DNA of 64,000 bases from Octopus vulgaris (Eukaryota): the NCBI GenBank assembly GCA_951406725.2, contig OX597814.1:208010001-208074000 (forward strand), given 5' to 3'. The notes beneath the pieces were generated by a model. That model was not told where the DNA came from. It worked only from the letters and a program-made list of their open reading frames with translations, and made no database searches. Below, one piece after another: positions 40,401 through 55,700 of the stretch; the first letter of the stretch is position 1; each line of letters starts with the position of its first letter. Position numbers and translations under genes: made by a program.

Positions 40401-43400
40401 TACCAAAGAACTATCATATCAAGGTTGGTGACATATTGGAAGATGTCATCTCTTCTAGCATAAAGTTCATTGCTGCTGGTTGGAATATTTTCCATGCCAC
40501 GGATTTCCATGTACTTAACCTCCTTTAACACAGCAATAAGCTAGAAAAAAAAATTAAGTGAAAATTCTGAATTTTTTACTTTATATTTTTAAAGTTATGT
40601 AATTTCCAATTAGCTATATAACGTTGATTTCAAATTTTGGTACAAGGCCAGCAGTTTTAGTGGATGGGTTGGTCAATTATATCAACCCCCAGTACTTGTC
40701 TGGTACTTTATTTTACTGACCCCCAAAAGGATGAAAGGCAAAGTGGATTTCAGAAGGATTTGAATTCAGGATGCAAAAATCTAGAAGAAATGATGCTAAG
40801 CATTTTGTCCAATGTAGCAGCAATTCTGTTTACTTGCCACATTAATCAATTTTTATAATATTCATTGATTGATGATGATCATGATGATAATGATTATCAT
40901 CATGTTTATTTTCATGCTGGCAGAGGTTGGAAGGGTTGAGATGGTCTGAGACAATTCTTATTCTAAGTTACTGCCCACTTAGATGGGTCAGGAGGCCACC
41001 ACAAATCACTTGTATATTCCATGTTTAGCGTAGTTTCTATGGCTGGATGCCTTTCCTAATATTAACCCCTTTACAGAGTTTGCATTTCATCATAACACCA
41101 GCACTATAAAGGTTATGATGTTTTTGATATAACCAAAGGGTCCTCTCATCCTAAAAAGAGAGAAGAGCAGTTTACATACAAGGCTTGTTACACTTACAGA
41201 GGCATTTTCATTAAATACAAATTTCATATCTATAAAGCTATTGCTTTCATTCTCTCTCTCTCTCTGTATGACTACCTGTCTGCCTGTCTCTACACATGTG
41301 TGTGTGTGTATTTACTAACCTGAGCATCAAAGTTCACTGAGATTAAATTGGTCTGTTCATTTCTTGACAACAAAGGCTGGGACAAGTTAAAACAGCAGGC
41401 ATCATCAACAGTTTTCGACCACTCTGTGTATTGTTCATTTTCAAAACTACAACATAACATAAACATTCAAACAGAAAATGAACAAAAAAATTAATACTTG
41501 AATAATAAATAAATCAAAGTGTTAGGATGCTTACAGGGTGTACCAGGCACATGTAAAGAAATTTGACTTACTTAAACCCTTCACTCCCTATCTTCTTGTC
41601 TTGAGACAGCATTCACCCGGGGTGGGTTGAGCTGGCTTCATTCATCCTCAATGCTGCATCTCTTACAAATGCCGACCAGACCTGGCGATTTGAGGCTAAC
41701 GACCGCGTGATCCCCAACCACTCCATATTCTAGCGGCGAACACCGTAGATATGGGGGCCTAGGTTGGGTTCCAGATCAGCCTTGACTGTCATCAGCCAGG
41801 TTTTCCGTTGTCCACCACATCACTTTCGCCAACCCTGAAGGGGAGCTGGGGCAATTGCTTCATAGATGAATTCTCCTGGTTGACGATGGAGGGCATGACC
41901 CAGCCAACGCAGACGTCTTGTTAGGATGACTTGTCAGAGGGAGGTGATTTTGCACTGGTATCACACCAAATTGTTGGAGACAAAGTGATGCTATTGGACA
42001 CAAAGGATGCGGCATAGACTCCCTATCGAGCATAAGCCATTGATGACCTTTCTTCACTGTTCCTGATTCTGGGCAGTCTTTTCTGCTTTTCTCCATTTGG
42101 ATTCCTACATCCTTGCAGCTTCTTTTCAGATTTCACAGCATCATATGTTACCCTGGGGGAAGCCTTTCCTCTCCCAGGTCTTGTTGGCTTTGAATTATCA
42201 TCAATGTATCTATAACTTTGCTTCTATCTAGGTAAAGTTTTGGCCCTATACAAACCCATTTTTACTTCTGGGAAGAGGTGTTCCACATTAGTTCGGTCCT
42301 CTATCCTTTGACCAGTCCAGCATGGGAGATCCTACCAGGGGCTTGCACTCCACTGGCATAGCTCTAAGGGACATTGAGGCACACAATCTATCACACAGCG
42401 ACGAGAACCAAACCTTGTGGAAACAATCAATTGATGATCAAATTTAATTAAGATAACCAATTGCTTAATCATCCTAGTCAAAGGTATATAAATAGTTAAT
42501 TAACTTTCTTGACTTAAGGGATTATGGTGAATTCAGTTTTAAAATGAGATTACAATCTCACCATAGTGGCAAAACATTCCAACTAAGAGAGGTTCTTGGA
42601 AAGAATACAGAAGCCAAATGGGTTTGTATTGGGCCAACACCCATGCCTAGAGAAAAGAAAAGTAAGGGAAGCATTGATGACAATTCAGTGCTAACAAGAG
42701 CTGAGAGAAGAAGGTCTTCCCTCAGTGTAACACATGACATCGTGTAGCAAACTCCAAAAAGAAGCCATAAGGAAGTGGGGATTCAACTGGAGGAAAACAG
42801 AAAAGATAGTCCAGAAATGAGAACAGTGGAGGAAAGATATTGAAGGCCTATGCCCTTTAGGGAGTTAAGGGTTTAAGAAAAATAACAATAAAATGAAATA
42901 ATCAAATGATTGGTTAACCCTTTGGCATTCAATCTACGCTATCAAATGCAATACTTGTATATTCACATTGTATTGAATTATTCATGCATTATTTCATAGT
43001 TTTGAGATTTCAACGATGTGATTGCTTTATTTTTAGAATGGCAGAATAGGACGGGTGTGAGAGGCAAGATCTGGCTAGTTTGAACACAAAACAGGTAGAT
43101 TATTTTGGCCAGACATGGCCAGGTTAATATTCAGATCACAAGCATGTTTATTTATTATTACACGATGATCAAGCATAACTGACAAGAAATTTAGGTAAAA
43201 ATTAAATTTTAGGAATTCCAGTGGTCAAGGTGAAGACATTAAAGGAATATAATTCAAATGGCTATTGCATTCTTACATATATAATAAATGTCCCTTTTTT
43301 TTTTTTTAGAAGTGAAGGAAATAACTGTGTGGTCTCCAAGCATTTCTGAAGGACATCAGAAGCATATGAGATGGAGTTGACTAAAACCAGAAATTGAAAT

Positions 43401-46400
43401 CAATTCGCTACTTTATACTTTCAATGGATAATAAAAAGATATAGAACTAACTTGGAGAGTAGATTCATCATTTCTTCATATTTTCTGTAAATAAGAATTG
43501 CTTCTTCATTTGTTGTACAACTAGAGATGGAAAAAAAAAAGAGAAAAAAACAAATAAGTAACACAATTATCACCATACTGCATGGCATCTTGGGCAAGTG
43601 TCTTCTGCTATAGCCCCGGGCCGACCAATGCCTTGTGAGTGGATTTGGTAGACAGAAACTGAAAAGAAGCCTGTCGTATATATGTATATATATATATGTG
43701 TGTGTGTGTATGTGTTTGTGTGTTTGTGTTTGTCCCCCTAGCATTGCTTGATAACCGATGCTGGTGTGTTTACGTCCCTGTGTTCGGCAAAAGGTGTGTT
43801 TGTGTTTGTTCCCCCTAGCATTGCTTGATAACCGATGCTGGTGTGTTTACGTCCCTGGCACTAAGCAGTTCGGCAAAAGAGACCGATAGAATAAGTACTG
43901 GGCTTACAAAGAATAAGTCCCGGGGTCGATTTGCTCGACTAAAGGCGGTGCTCCAGCATGGCCGTAGTCAAATGACTGAAACAAGTAAAAGAGATTATAA
44001 TGTTCATTTTCCTGTTTGTGTATGACAGGATTTATCTTATAACTTTTACTAGTTTCAGTCAATGGACTGTGGCCAGCATTTTCCTATGGTTTAGTCAAAC
44101 AAAGCAACTCCAGTACCTATCTTTTTTGTTAAGTCTAGTACCTATTCTAGCAGTACCTTTTGCTGAACCACTCAAGTTATGGTAAGTTGTTGCATGAACC
44201 CCCAAAAATCATATACGGACCCTCAGGGGACAAATGGACCCAGTTAAGGACCACTGAACTAAACCCTTGAAAGTGGTGCCCCAAAGCATTGCAGCAGTCT
44301 AATAACTGGAACAAGTAAAAGATAATAGGAAAAAAATATAAATGAGCTAAAGATACCTATTTCTTTACTACCCACAAGGCTACACACAGACAGGACAAGC
44401 AAGGACAGACAAACGGATTAAGTCGATTATATCGACCCCAGTGCGTAACTTGTACTTATTTAATCGAATTTTAAAGGATGAAAGGCAAAGTTGACCTTGG
44501 CGGAATTTGAATTCAGAACGTAGTGGCAGACAAAATACCTATTTCTTTACTATCCACAAGGGGTTAAACACAGAAGGGACAAACAAGGACAGGCAAACGG
44601 ATTAAGTCGATTATATCGACCCCAGTGCGTAACTTGTACTTATTTAATCGACCCCGAAAGGATGAAAGGCAAAGTTGACCTTGGCGGAATTTGAATTCAG
44701 AACGTAGTGGCAGACAAAATACCTATTTCTTTACTATCCACAAGGGGACAAATGGACCCCAGTTAAGGACCACTGAACTAAACCCTTGAAAGTGGTGCCC
44801 CAGCACTGCAGCAGTCTAATAACTGGAACAAGTAAAAGATAATAGGAAAAAAATATAAATGAGCTAAAGATACCTATTTCTTTACTACCCACAAGGGGCT
44901 ACACACAGACAGGACAAACAAGGACAGACAAACGGATTAAGTCGATTATATCGACCCCAGTGCGTAACTTGTACTTATTTAATCGACCCCGAAAGGATGA
45001 AAGGCAAAGTTGACCTTGGCGGAATTTGAATTCAGAACGTAGTGGCAGACAAAATACCTATTTCTTTACTATCCACAAGGGGTTAAACACAGAAGGGACA
45101 AACAAGGACAAACAAAGGGATTAAGTCGATTACATCGACCCCAGTGCGTAACTGGTACTTAATTTATTGACCCCGAAAGGATGAAAGGCAAAGTCGACCT
45201 CGGCGGAATTCGAACTCAGAACGTAACGGCAGACGAAATACCGCTAAGCATTTTGGCCGGCATGCTAACGTTTCTGCCAGCTTGCCGCCTTGTGCTAAAT
45301 GTTCTAAAGATACCAATCACTTCTAAACATTCAATTGGTTATGATGTACATTTTCTTAAGAAGAGATGACTGGAATTTGTAACAACAATAACTACAACAA
45401 TCACCAGTAACAGTCTGTATCATAGAAAAGCTGTTAGTGAATACAACACTTCAATTACCTATGGTCAAGATGTTTGAAACTGCCAACTGAACTAGTGATT
45501 CTCTCTTGCAATTCTTGGGCCCACTTCAAACTTCCAGATACTTTTGGCATGAATTTATGCACCATGATGCATCCTGTCTCTTTCAGCAGAACCATTTGCT
45601 CATTGTACATTTCCTTTGCTGTGTCCAATTCTTCATTGAGCATGTCAACAATTTCCAGGTATTTTCCATTAAAATCCTTCTTAATCAATGGTCTTTCTAA
45701 AAGGCTTCCCATCATATCAATTAGCTTTAATAGATTAACAGAAGAAAAATAAATAGATTAGCGAACAAAATATAAAGCAACTAAAATCATAAAGAAAACC
45801 TCAGAAATCAAATAAAATTATTCTTTTGAGGAACATCATCATCACCATCAACAACAACACCATCACCATCACCAACACCACCATCACACCACCGCCACTA
45901 CTATCATCATCCTACAAGGTTGTAGTCATGGATATTTTATACCTGAACAAAAACAGGATGATCATGGATGAGTTGAACACAATTAAATGTCTGCTCAATC
46001 AGGCTGACCCAGGGCCAAACATTTATTATCATATCTAATTGTTTTACAAGTTTCTTTGCTTTACTTATGTTTTTTTTTTAATTTTCTCTTAGTACTTTGT
46101 CAAGGAGGTAAAAGCAGCATCCATTACCCTTTATTTTTACAAGACTTCCAAGACTAGTAGGAGAATGGGAGTAAATTATTCTCAAACTGGAGATTTGATT
46201 TGAATGCTTGCAACAGAGTAGACTCAGCTAAAGGCACTCAAAAACTCAGGTGGTGGCATTAAACTGGATTAAGTTTACCATTAAAAATATCCAGAACAGA
46301 AAATGCTGAAACAAATACAAAGAAACATATCTGCTATTGTAACAAATCTGCCAATTCACTGTCCTGGGCTGGTGTTTTATGGTATCAACAAAGGCAAAAA

Positions 46401-46756
46401 CCAACCTTGGCAGAATTTGAACTCAGAGTGCAGAACAAGAACAAGTCCCACAAAACGTTTTATCATATACTCTAACCAAAACCAGATTAAGATCCATAGA
46501 AGCCCTAAGCGCTTAGTAGATTTCAGTACCCACACTTATACTCTACTCTTTTACTCTTTTACTTGTTTCAGTCATTTGACTGCGGCCATGCTGGAGCACC
46601 GCCTTTAGTCGAGCAAATCAACCCCGGGACTTATTGTTTGTAAGCCCAGTACTTATTCTATTGGTCTCTTTTGCCGAACCGCTAAGTGATGTAAACACAC
46701 CAGCATCGGTTGTCAAGCAATGCTAGGGGGACAAACACAGACACACAAACACACAC

Positions 46757-46789
<33 letters not shown>

Positions 46790-49700
46790 CATATATACGA
46801 CAGGCTTCTTTCAGTTTCCGTCTACCAAAACCACTCACAAGGCATTGGTCGGCCCGGGGCTATAGCAGAAGACACTTGCCCAAGATACCACGCAGTGGGA
46901 CTGAACCCGGAACCATGTGGCTGGTTAGCAAGCTACTTACCACACAGCCACTCCCGTGCCTTATATATGTAATTCAAAATATAAACAATAATAAACCATA
47001 GGATAAGTTTTTATTTTTCAAAATGAAACAAAACTAACAGTAAGATGGAAAATGTTTATTTTTGTATACGTCTACTTTATTTATATTTGAAAAGTTTTCC
47101 GCTAAGTTTTTTAATTGCAAAGTCTTTAATTAGATCCTCACTATGATGCCATGGACCCTTTGAAATTTCAATCATGTAAACCATTTCAAATGTTATTTCA
47201 ACAAGTTTAAAGTTTTCTTTTGTACCATAAACCATTTACCATTTCTGTGGTGTCCCCTCTTCCCTTGAAACCCTAAGCACATGCTTATTTTGCTAAATGA
47301 CTAATGTGGTACTGACTCTAATGATTTGTCCCCTTAAGTAATTATAGTTCTTGTCCTTTGCTTTCAGTTCTCTCTTATATAAATGTATGTTTGGTCCCAC
47401 CTTCTTAATCCTCATCTTGTTTAAAACATTTTTGCTTATCTTATATTGTTCTTATCTCATCTATGTACATCAGAAATAAAATATTATGGTGGGGGGGCAT
47501 TACTAGTAAAGATACTAGTTTGGAACTTATTTGGAATATTCTATTGAATGTATAAAATATAACAGGTTTCACATAGGCAGTCCCATGCCTATTATTAAAG
47601 AATAAATGAACATAAAAAGATTGTCTGTTGTTGTTAATTAACCCCAGGTCAGGCATCTTGATTGAATAGACTTATGATCAAAAGCATTCCAGCCATGACA
47701 ATTCCATCATTTTCCTATGTGCAGGTAACTCGAGACTACATTATACAATCAATCCTTATTTCTAGCTGGTCGTCTGACAATCTAAAGGTTACCTCAGTGA
47801 TTCAAAAGTTTTCTTGTAAAACAGATAGTCATAACACCAACATGCTTGGTGCCCCTAAGATACCAGCCAAATATTACTTTAGGGATTATATAAGATTGAG
47901 ATTGAGAATTAAAATTATGTCTTACCTTGAAACAAGATTGAAGACCGGAGCAATCATCAAATCCTTGGCAAATTATGGTACCCAATCTTCGATCCAGGTC
48001 ATAGATTCGATTTTGGAACTTCTCAAAGTCATCAAGAAATTCCTTGTTTAGAATTAGAATAGAATTAAAATTCAAACATTAACATTTTTGGTATTTAATT
48101 AAGCAAAAAAAAGGCAACTCTTAATTTAGTATGTAAATTCTAATAATCCTTTCTACTATAGACACAAGGCCTGAAATTTGGGGGAGAAGGATAGTCGATT
48201 ACATCGATCCCAGTGTTTCACTGGTACTTAATTTATTGACCCTGAAAGGATGAAGGGCAAAGTCAACCCTGACAGCATCTGAACCCAGAACATGAAGACA
48301 GACGAAATACCTATTTCTTTACTACCCACAAGGGGCTAAAAACAGTGAGGACAAACAAGGACAGACAAACGGATTAAGTCGATTATATCGACTCCAGTGC
48401 ATAACTGGTATTTATTTAATCAACCCCGAAAGGATGAAAGGCAAAGTTGACCTCGGCGGAATTTGAACTCAGAATGTAACAGCAGACGAAATACCTATTT
48501 CTTTACTACCCACAAGGGGCTAAACATAGAGGGGACAAACAAGGACAGACAAACGGATTAAGTCGATTACATCGACCCCAGTGCATAACTGGTACTTATT
48601 TAATCGACCCCGAAAGGATGAAAGGCAAAGTCGACCTCGGCGGAATTTGAACTCAGAACGTAGCGGCAGACGAAAAACCGCTAGGCATTTTGCCCGGCGT
48701 GCTAACCTTTCTGCCTGCTCGCCACCTTTCTAAATTTTAACAATACAATGTATAAGAACTACACTCAGCTAGCCAAGGCTGTAGCCTTTTTACCTGTCTG
48801 TCAAGCAAGAGTTTGTACTATGACACAGGTACTGCATTGAATTTATGGCTAAGATACCTAACTCTCAGGTGACCTTGTCTTCTTAGCTGCAGGAAAACTT
48901 ACGATATGATTACTTGATAAATCTGTTAAGATTGTAGTTACAATCCTACCATGGATAAAACATGGAGAAAGATGAATTCTACTAAATTGATTTACTCTAA
49001 ATACATTAAATGAAGACAATATGTCCAAATGACTCCAAAGGTAGGAGTCTTGGATAACTTCTATCTACTCTGGAGATATGGTGTATCTCATGGTATGCCA
49101 TATTTTAACTACATAAAGTACAGGGAAACAATTGGCACAAATCCATTGAAGGTTTTGATGAGAGGCTTAGGGATGGGAGAGGTGGACTCAGTTAATGCTT
49201 AGATCAGGCCTGGCTAACTTGGATTATATTACGGGCCACTTTAATCACAGAAATTTTTTGAGGGCCGCTTGTATACTTTATGCACTAATAGTCAAATAAT
49301 CAAATTACAGAATCAGGAATTTTTCATACTTTTCCTTTGTTTAAAATTATAAAATTGTTGGCTGTTGTTTTACTGCCAATTATAAATTTAAAATTTAATT
49401 TCAAACAAATGTTTTACTCAAACAATTTTATTTTGAAATTAAACACAATACTTCAAAGAAAGTATCAAGCGGACCATGGGCCTCAGGTTGGCCAACCCTG
49501 GCTTAGATCATAAGAGGAACAGAAATAGTGGAGATAAGTAAGTTGTATTTAATACCCATATACACAAGCACAGATGACTTCATTCTGTTAAAATGATTAG
49601 TTGCCACCTACTGTGTGACACCTCAACTTATATATTTATTTCTATATCGACTCCAGTGCATAACTGGTACTTATTTAATCGAGCCCGAAAGGATGAAAGG

Positions 49701-52700
49701 CAAAGTCGACTTCAGTGGAATTTGAACTCAGAACGTAGCGGCAGACGAAATACCGCTACATAGAGGGGACAAACAAGAACAGACAAAGGGATTAAGTTGA
49801 TTACATTATTCCCCAGTGTGTAACTGGTACTTATTTAATCGACCCTGAAAGGATGAAAGGCAAATTCAACCTTGGTGGAATTTGAACTCAAAACAGAATG
49901 GCAGACGAAATATCGCTAAGCATTTCACCTGGTGTGCTAATGATTCTGCCAGCTCGCTGCCCTAACCTCAACTTATATATTGTTAAAGATTACTTCCTTC
50001 AGATGTAATATAGAAGACCTTCCACTAATTTGCATAAAACTGAAAATATATATCAGAAATATTAAACTTCTAAATATCTCATAGAGATATGTACGGTGGT
50101 GGAGCGATAGAGTGGTTGTATACTGTCAACTTAACGTGACAGTCCCGTATGGGAATTACACCACTGCTGTTTAGCCCTGGGAAGCATCGACGCTTCCTGT
50201 CGGCCTTGACACATTTCCTGTGTCCTTATATATTTACGAAGGGGTAGGGTTAGGGTTAGCAGGAAATGTGTCAAGGCCGACAGGAAGCGTCAATGCTTCC
50301 TAGGGCTAAACAGCGGTGGTGTAATTCCCTTACAGGACTGTCACGTTAAGTTGACAGTATAGAACCACTCTAAAAATATATTATCATCATTTATTTTCTC
50401 AGTCCAATATTCATTGGAAGGTAGTAGGGTTGATTCCTCAGGCAATTGTTTTAACACTTTTCCACCAGATTCCCAAACATCACCAACTGAGACGATGGAT
50501 ATTATCCAACCATTTTGTTCCTAGTCTCCTGTCAGTTGGTTTGGCTTGAAGAATCCATCTTGTGATCCTGTCCCACAGAGTTCTAATCACAACTCCATAC
50601 ATAGTACTGGAGATGTGACCTGACAATGCAGAGAAGTAGCAACTCAAACTGGAGAAACTCCATAATGTCAGAGCTATTGCTCCCTATCAAATAATGTTAT
50701 TCCAGAGATTCTTCAGAGGAAGTTAATTTTATTTACTTGTACTCGTTATTGTACTCTTTAAGGCATTGGCACTCCATCAGTTACGACAAGGGCTTCCAGT
50801 TGATCAGATCAACGGAACAACCTGCTCATGAAATCATCATGCAAGTGGCTGAGTACTCCATAGACACATGCACTCATAATGTAGTTCTCAGGGAGATTCA
50901 GCATGATACAGAATGTGACAAGACCGGCCCTTTGAAATACAGCCACTACTCATTTTTACCAGCTGAGTGGACTGGAGCAACATGAAAAAAAGTGTCTTGC
51001 TAAAGGACACAACACACCACTGGTGTTTGAACCCATGACCTTACAATTGTGAGCCAAATACCCTAACCACTAGGCCACGTCTTCACCTTTCAGGCATTAC
51101 TCAACATTCATGATCAGAGGTGAGATTAGGCATGAAAACCAAAATGTTGACAGTAAGTTTGGTTTCCTTTTATCAACTGCTCCTCTTCTGAGGGTTGTAT
51201 ATTGAAGTTGGCACATTACTGTACTACCAACAGCAATTCTAGCATCCAATTCAACCTCTTGTCTCCTGTCTATACAATAAAATAGTCTCAAAATGTATTC
51301 CACAGGTGAAACTTTTCAAAATATAACCAAACAGGAGAAAATGTTACCTGGTTATTTGAATCTAATGTGTCATAGGTTTTCTCCTGGAATACTTTGTATT
51401 GTTCTTTAAATTCATCACTGATTTGGATAACTTGTTTGCTTAGGATTTTACCTTTGATGCCACCAAGTTCGACCTTCTCAAGCTTCATGAATTCAGTTGA
51501 GGTTTCCATTAATTTCTGAAAATATCAAAATAAAGCACAGTAAGTTTTATTTTTTATGAAATGTCTATAATTGGTAGAGATGCACAGTGGAAACTACTAA
51601 AAACCAAAGAAGCAAACTGGAATGCTGACTTTAAATAACATAAAATATAGCATTAATTCTAAGTATTTTGTGGCTTGTGAATAATAGTGTTATTACTCTT
51701 AGTTCTTAGAATTAAAGTCTGTGGGTTCAAATCCAGTCTGAAATATTATGTAGACAATTGAACAGATACTGAAGGACAATCAAAGATCAATATGCAAATG
51801 AAGAAGAAGAAGAAGAAGAAGAAGAAGAAGAAGAAGAAGAAGAAGAAGAAGAAGAAGAAGAAGAAGGAGGAGGAGGAGAAGGAGGAGAAGAAGAAGAAGA
51901 AGAAGAAGAACAAGAAGAAGAACAACAACAACAACAACAACAACAATAGTCGTCGTTTAACGTCCGTTATCTGTGCTAGCACAGGTTGGACGGTTTGACT
52001 GGGGTCCGGGAAGCCAGGGGCTGCACCAGGCTCCAGACTGATCTGGCAGTGTTTCTACAGCTGGATGCCCTTCCTAACGCCAACCACTCCGTGAGTGTAT
52101 TGGGTACTTTTTACGTGACACCGGCACAGGTGCCAGGGGAGGCTGGCAGCGTTCACGATCAGTTGGTGCTTTTTACGTGCCACTGGCACAGAAGCCAGTC
52201 GAGGTGGCACTGGCATTGGCCACGGCGCTGGCATATATATATATATATACATATATACAAGTGGGTGCTGAAAAGTTCCTGGCTTTAAAGGTATTGCAAA
52301 AGGCCTGGTTGGGGGCCCGACCTTTTACAGTGCTTAGAAAAACTAAAGGACCGCTGCAATAAGTGTGTAAACCTGAGAAGGGAATTTGTTGAATAAAGTC
52401 ATAATTAACTGATCCTCTTGTATTTTCTTTTACCAAAAGCCATGAACTTTGCAGCACCTCCCCATTTGAACATATATATATATATATATGTCAATTCGAT
52501 TCATCGTTTCGTCCCACTTCCCTTCATCCCAGTTTTGTTATATATATATATATATATATATATAATAGAACAAATCTTGAATAGGTAACAAATCAATTTA
52601 TAACATATTTATACAACATATTGAAGAGAAATGTAAATATATATATATAAAATATATACATATAACAGGAAACCAAGAAAGGTGCAGAATGTATATGTAT

Positions 52701-55700
52701 ATATTTTTTATCAACATTTGCATTCATCATCATTATGCTATATGAATGTGTTATAAATAGATTTGTTATCTGGTAACTGTCTGTTTATGCTTTTGTTTTA
52801 TATTTGATAAATTCTTTGAAATATATATATATATATAAATCACACGATTTCACTGTTTCTATAGATTATCAGAAGCAGCCCAGCCTTGCACCAAAAGATA
52901 GAATGAAAATCAGTCAAACAAATATCTACTGTAATAATACTCGTGTCTTTCTCCATCACAACATATGAATGAGAAAGGAAGGGGTGATAGATGAATAAAG
53001 AAGGAAGGGTTGATGGCAAACTTGGTAGTGGGTTGATGGAAATACTACAGTGAAAAAAAAAATCAAACAGCGTTTCAACTCTGCGTAAGTATGTATGTGT
53101 GTATATAAAAGGGAGTCATGTGAATGTGCATGTGTGTGTGTGTGTGCAATGGAAGTGGGATGGTGAACATTCAATGCTGAAAATGAAAATCAGTCAGTGT
53201 TTCAACTCTGTGTAAGTATATGCATGTATGTGTGTGCATGTACAAGGGAAGTATGTGAATGTTTGTATGTGTGATTATTATGTACCTTATTCATATATAA
53301 ACTACTACATTTTTGATGGCATGGGGCCAGCTAATGGTGTAATAATGTCCAAAAAAATCACTGATGTCACAAAGGCTGGTAGACTACAAATAAATTAGCT
53401 ATTAGCAACAGCAGCAGGACTTGTAATGAATAATAATTGGCATATCCAACTCAAATCAGATGTGTTGTCTTGATCACTTTTAAACTGCTATTAATTATTT
53501 CTTTATTGCCCAGAAGGAGCTAAACATAGAGGGACAAGCAAGGACAGGCAAAACGATTAAGTCGATAACATCAACCCCCAGTGCATAACTAGTACTTAAT
53601 TTATCGACCCCGAAAGGATGAAAGGCAAAGTCGACCTCGGCGGAATTTGAACTCAGAACATAGCGGCAAACGAAATACCTATTTCTTTACTACCTACAAG
53701 GGGCTAAACACAGAGAGGACAAACAAGGACAGACAAAGGGATTAAGTCAATTATATCGACCCCGGTGCGTAACTGGTACTTATTTAATTGACCCCGAAAG
53801 GATGAAAGACAAAGTCGACCTCGGCAGAATTTGAACTCAGAACGTAACGGCAGACGAAATACCGCTAAGCATTTCGCCCGGCATGCAAACGTTTCTGCCA
53901 GCTCATTGCCTTATAAAATGCTATTAAACTGCTATTAATGTCCAGAGATACCATCCATGTTGACAACATGTACTCAGAAAGTACTGACTATACTGGCTGA
54001 TTAAAATGATCACCTGCACAGGTGAATGTTATATCAATATCGCTAGTCAACTCTTCAGAGAGTAAACTAGCATACTTTTTATCTTAGACACAAGTAAGTG
54101 CATGACTCAGTGGTTAGAATATTTGGTTCCTGATTGCAAAGTCATGAGTTAATTCTTGGCAAGGCATTCTGTCCTTGAGCAAGACATTTTATTTCACCTT
54201 GCTCCATCAACACAGCCCACAAAAATGAGTAGTATCTGTATTTCAATGGGCCAGATTTGTCACATTCTGTGCTATGCTAATCTCCCTGAGATCTTTGTGA
54301 AGGGTACATGTATCGGTGGAATGCTCAGTTACTTGCATATTAATTTCACAAATAATAATAATAATGAAATGATTGTATACAGTGCTCAGGTGCACCACAA
54401 CTTGTCAGAAAGCGCATATGGAGTATATGCAGTAATGTACAAATGTCTGGAAAGCGAACAATGTATGAGTCAGATACAAGCTTGCGTGTGTATGGAGGAG
54501 AGAAAATCAGGTGTAGCGTTGGCGAATCTCAGAAAGCATGAAAGTTTTGAAGGATGCAGTGCTCCGACAACTAACAACTGATGCTGGCAGTTTGTTCCAT
54601 GTTTCAGCAACTCTCAGCGTGAAAAAAATGTTTCCTAAAGTCATGGGAGCTGTGCTGTTTTCTGACTTTGTAAATATGTCCACGGGTGTTAGACAGGTGG
54701 AGTTTGACAAGGTGCTCAGAGTTATTGTTTGTAAGATGGTTGATAATTTTATGGGTGTCTGCCAAGTCAGCTGCCAGACGTCAGAGTTTCAATGTGTTCA
54801 TGCCCAGGGAAGTAAGGCGTTCAGGATATGGCAAATGCCTGATGGAGGGTATTCCATTGATCAGATCAACTGGAACCCTTGTCATCATAAGAACAGAGTG
54901 CAAGGTTTCAGGAGACACAAGTATCTTGAGGAAAGTTTTGAAGGAATACCATTTTTTAACTTACCTTCACAACTTGAATTCTTTGCTGAAATTTATCAAA
55001 TCTATCAAACACTAGAGCAGGAGAGAATTGCCACAGTTTAACTTGAGTTTGATCTGAGAAATATTCTTCCAGTTTTGATTTGTATTCTTCATATGTTTCT
55101 TTAAAGCATTCTAAAATTTGCTCAACATTTCTCACTTTAACCATACTTTCTTCAATTTCTCCTTTGAAAATTTCAGTTGGTTCAGAATGATCCCTTGCCT
55201 ACAAATAGAAATATCAGCATAATATCTGAGAGAAATACAAGGTAGTCATCACAGAATTTGACAGACAACTATAAGCAAAAGCACATACATACCTCCAGCC
55301 ATTCATCCACCCCATCCCCACAAGTTCACACAAAATGTACTAAGTTTTGTACAAATTGAAGAATGGAGATTAGCAAGATAACAAACAATCTTCATGTCAT
55401 TATCTGAATGGTTGCATTCATAGAGACATCATCCTTATGTATTGTATATGTGGTAAATAAATTTGATGAAGTACATCCATTTCTAAGCTATATTCTTAAA
55501 GGAAGTTAAACTAGCAGATCTCAAATTGAGGCATTTTGTCCCAAAGGGAGAAATTTCAAATCTGAGAGAAGAAATCTTAACCAGAAGGAAACTGGGAGAA
55601 ATTCCAAAGAAAGATCACCGGATTGGGAAAGAATGTACCTTGTGCACAATATATATATATATCATCATCATCATTTAGAGTCCGCTTTCCATGCTAGCAT

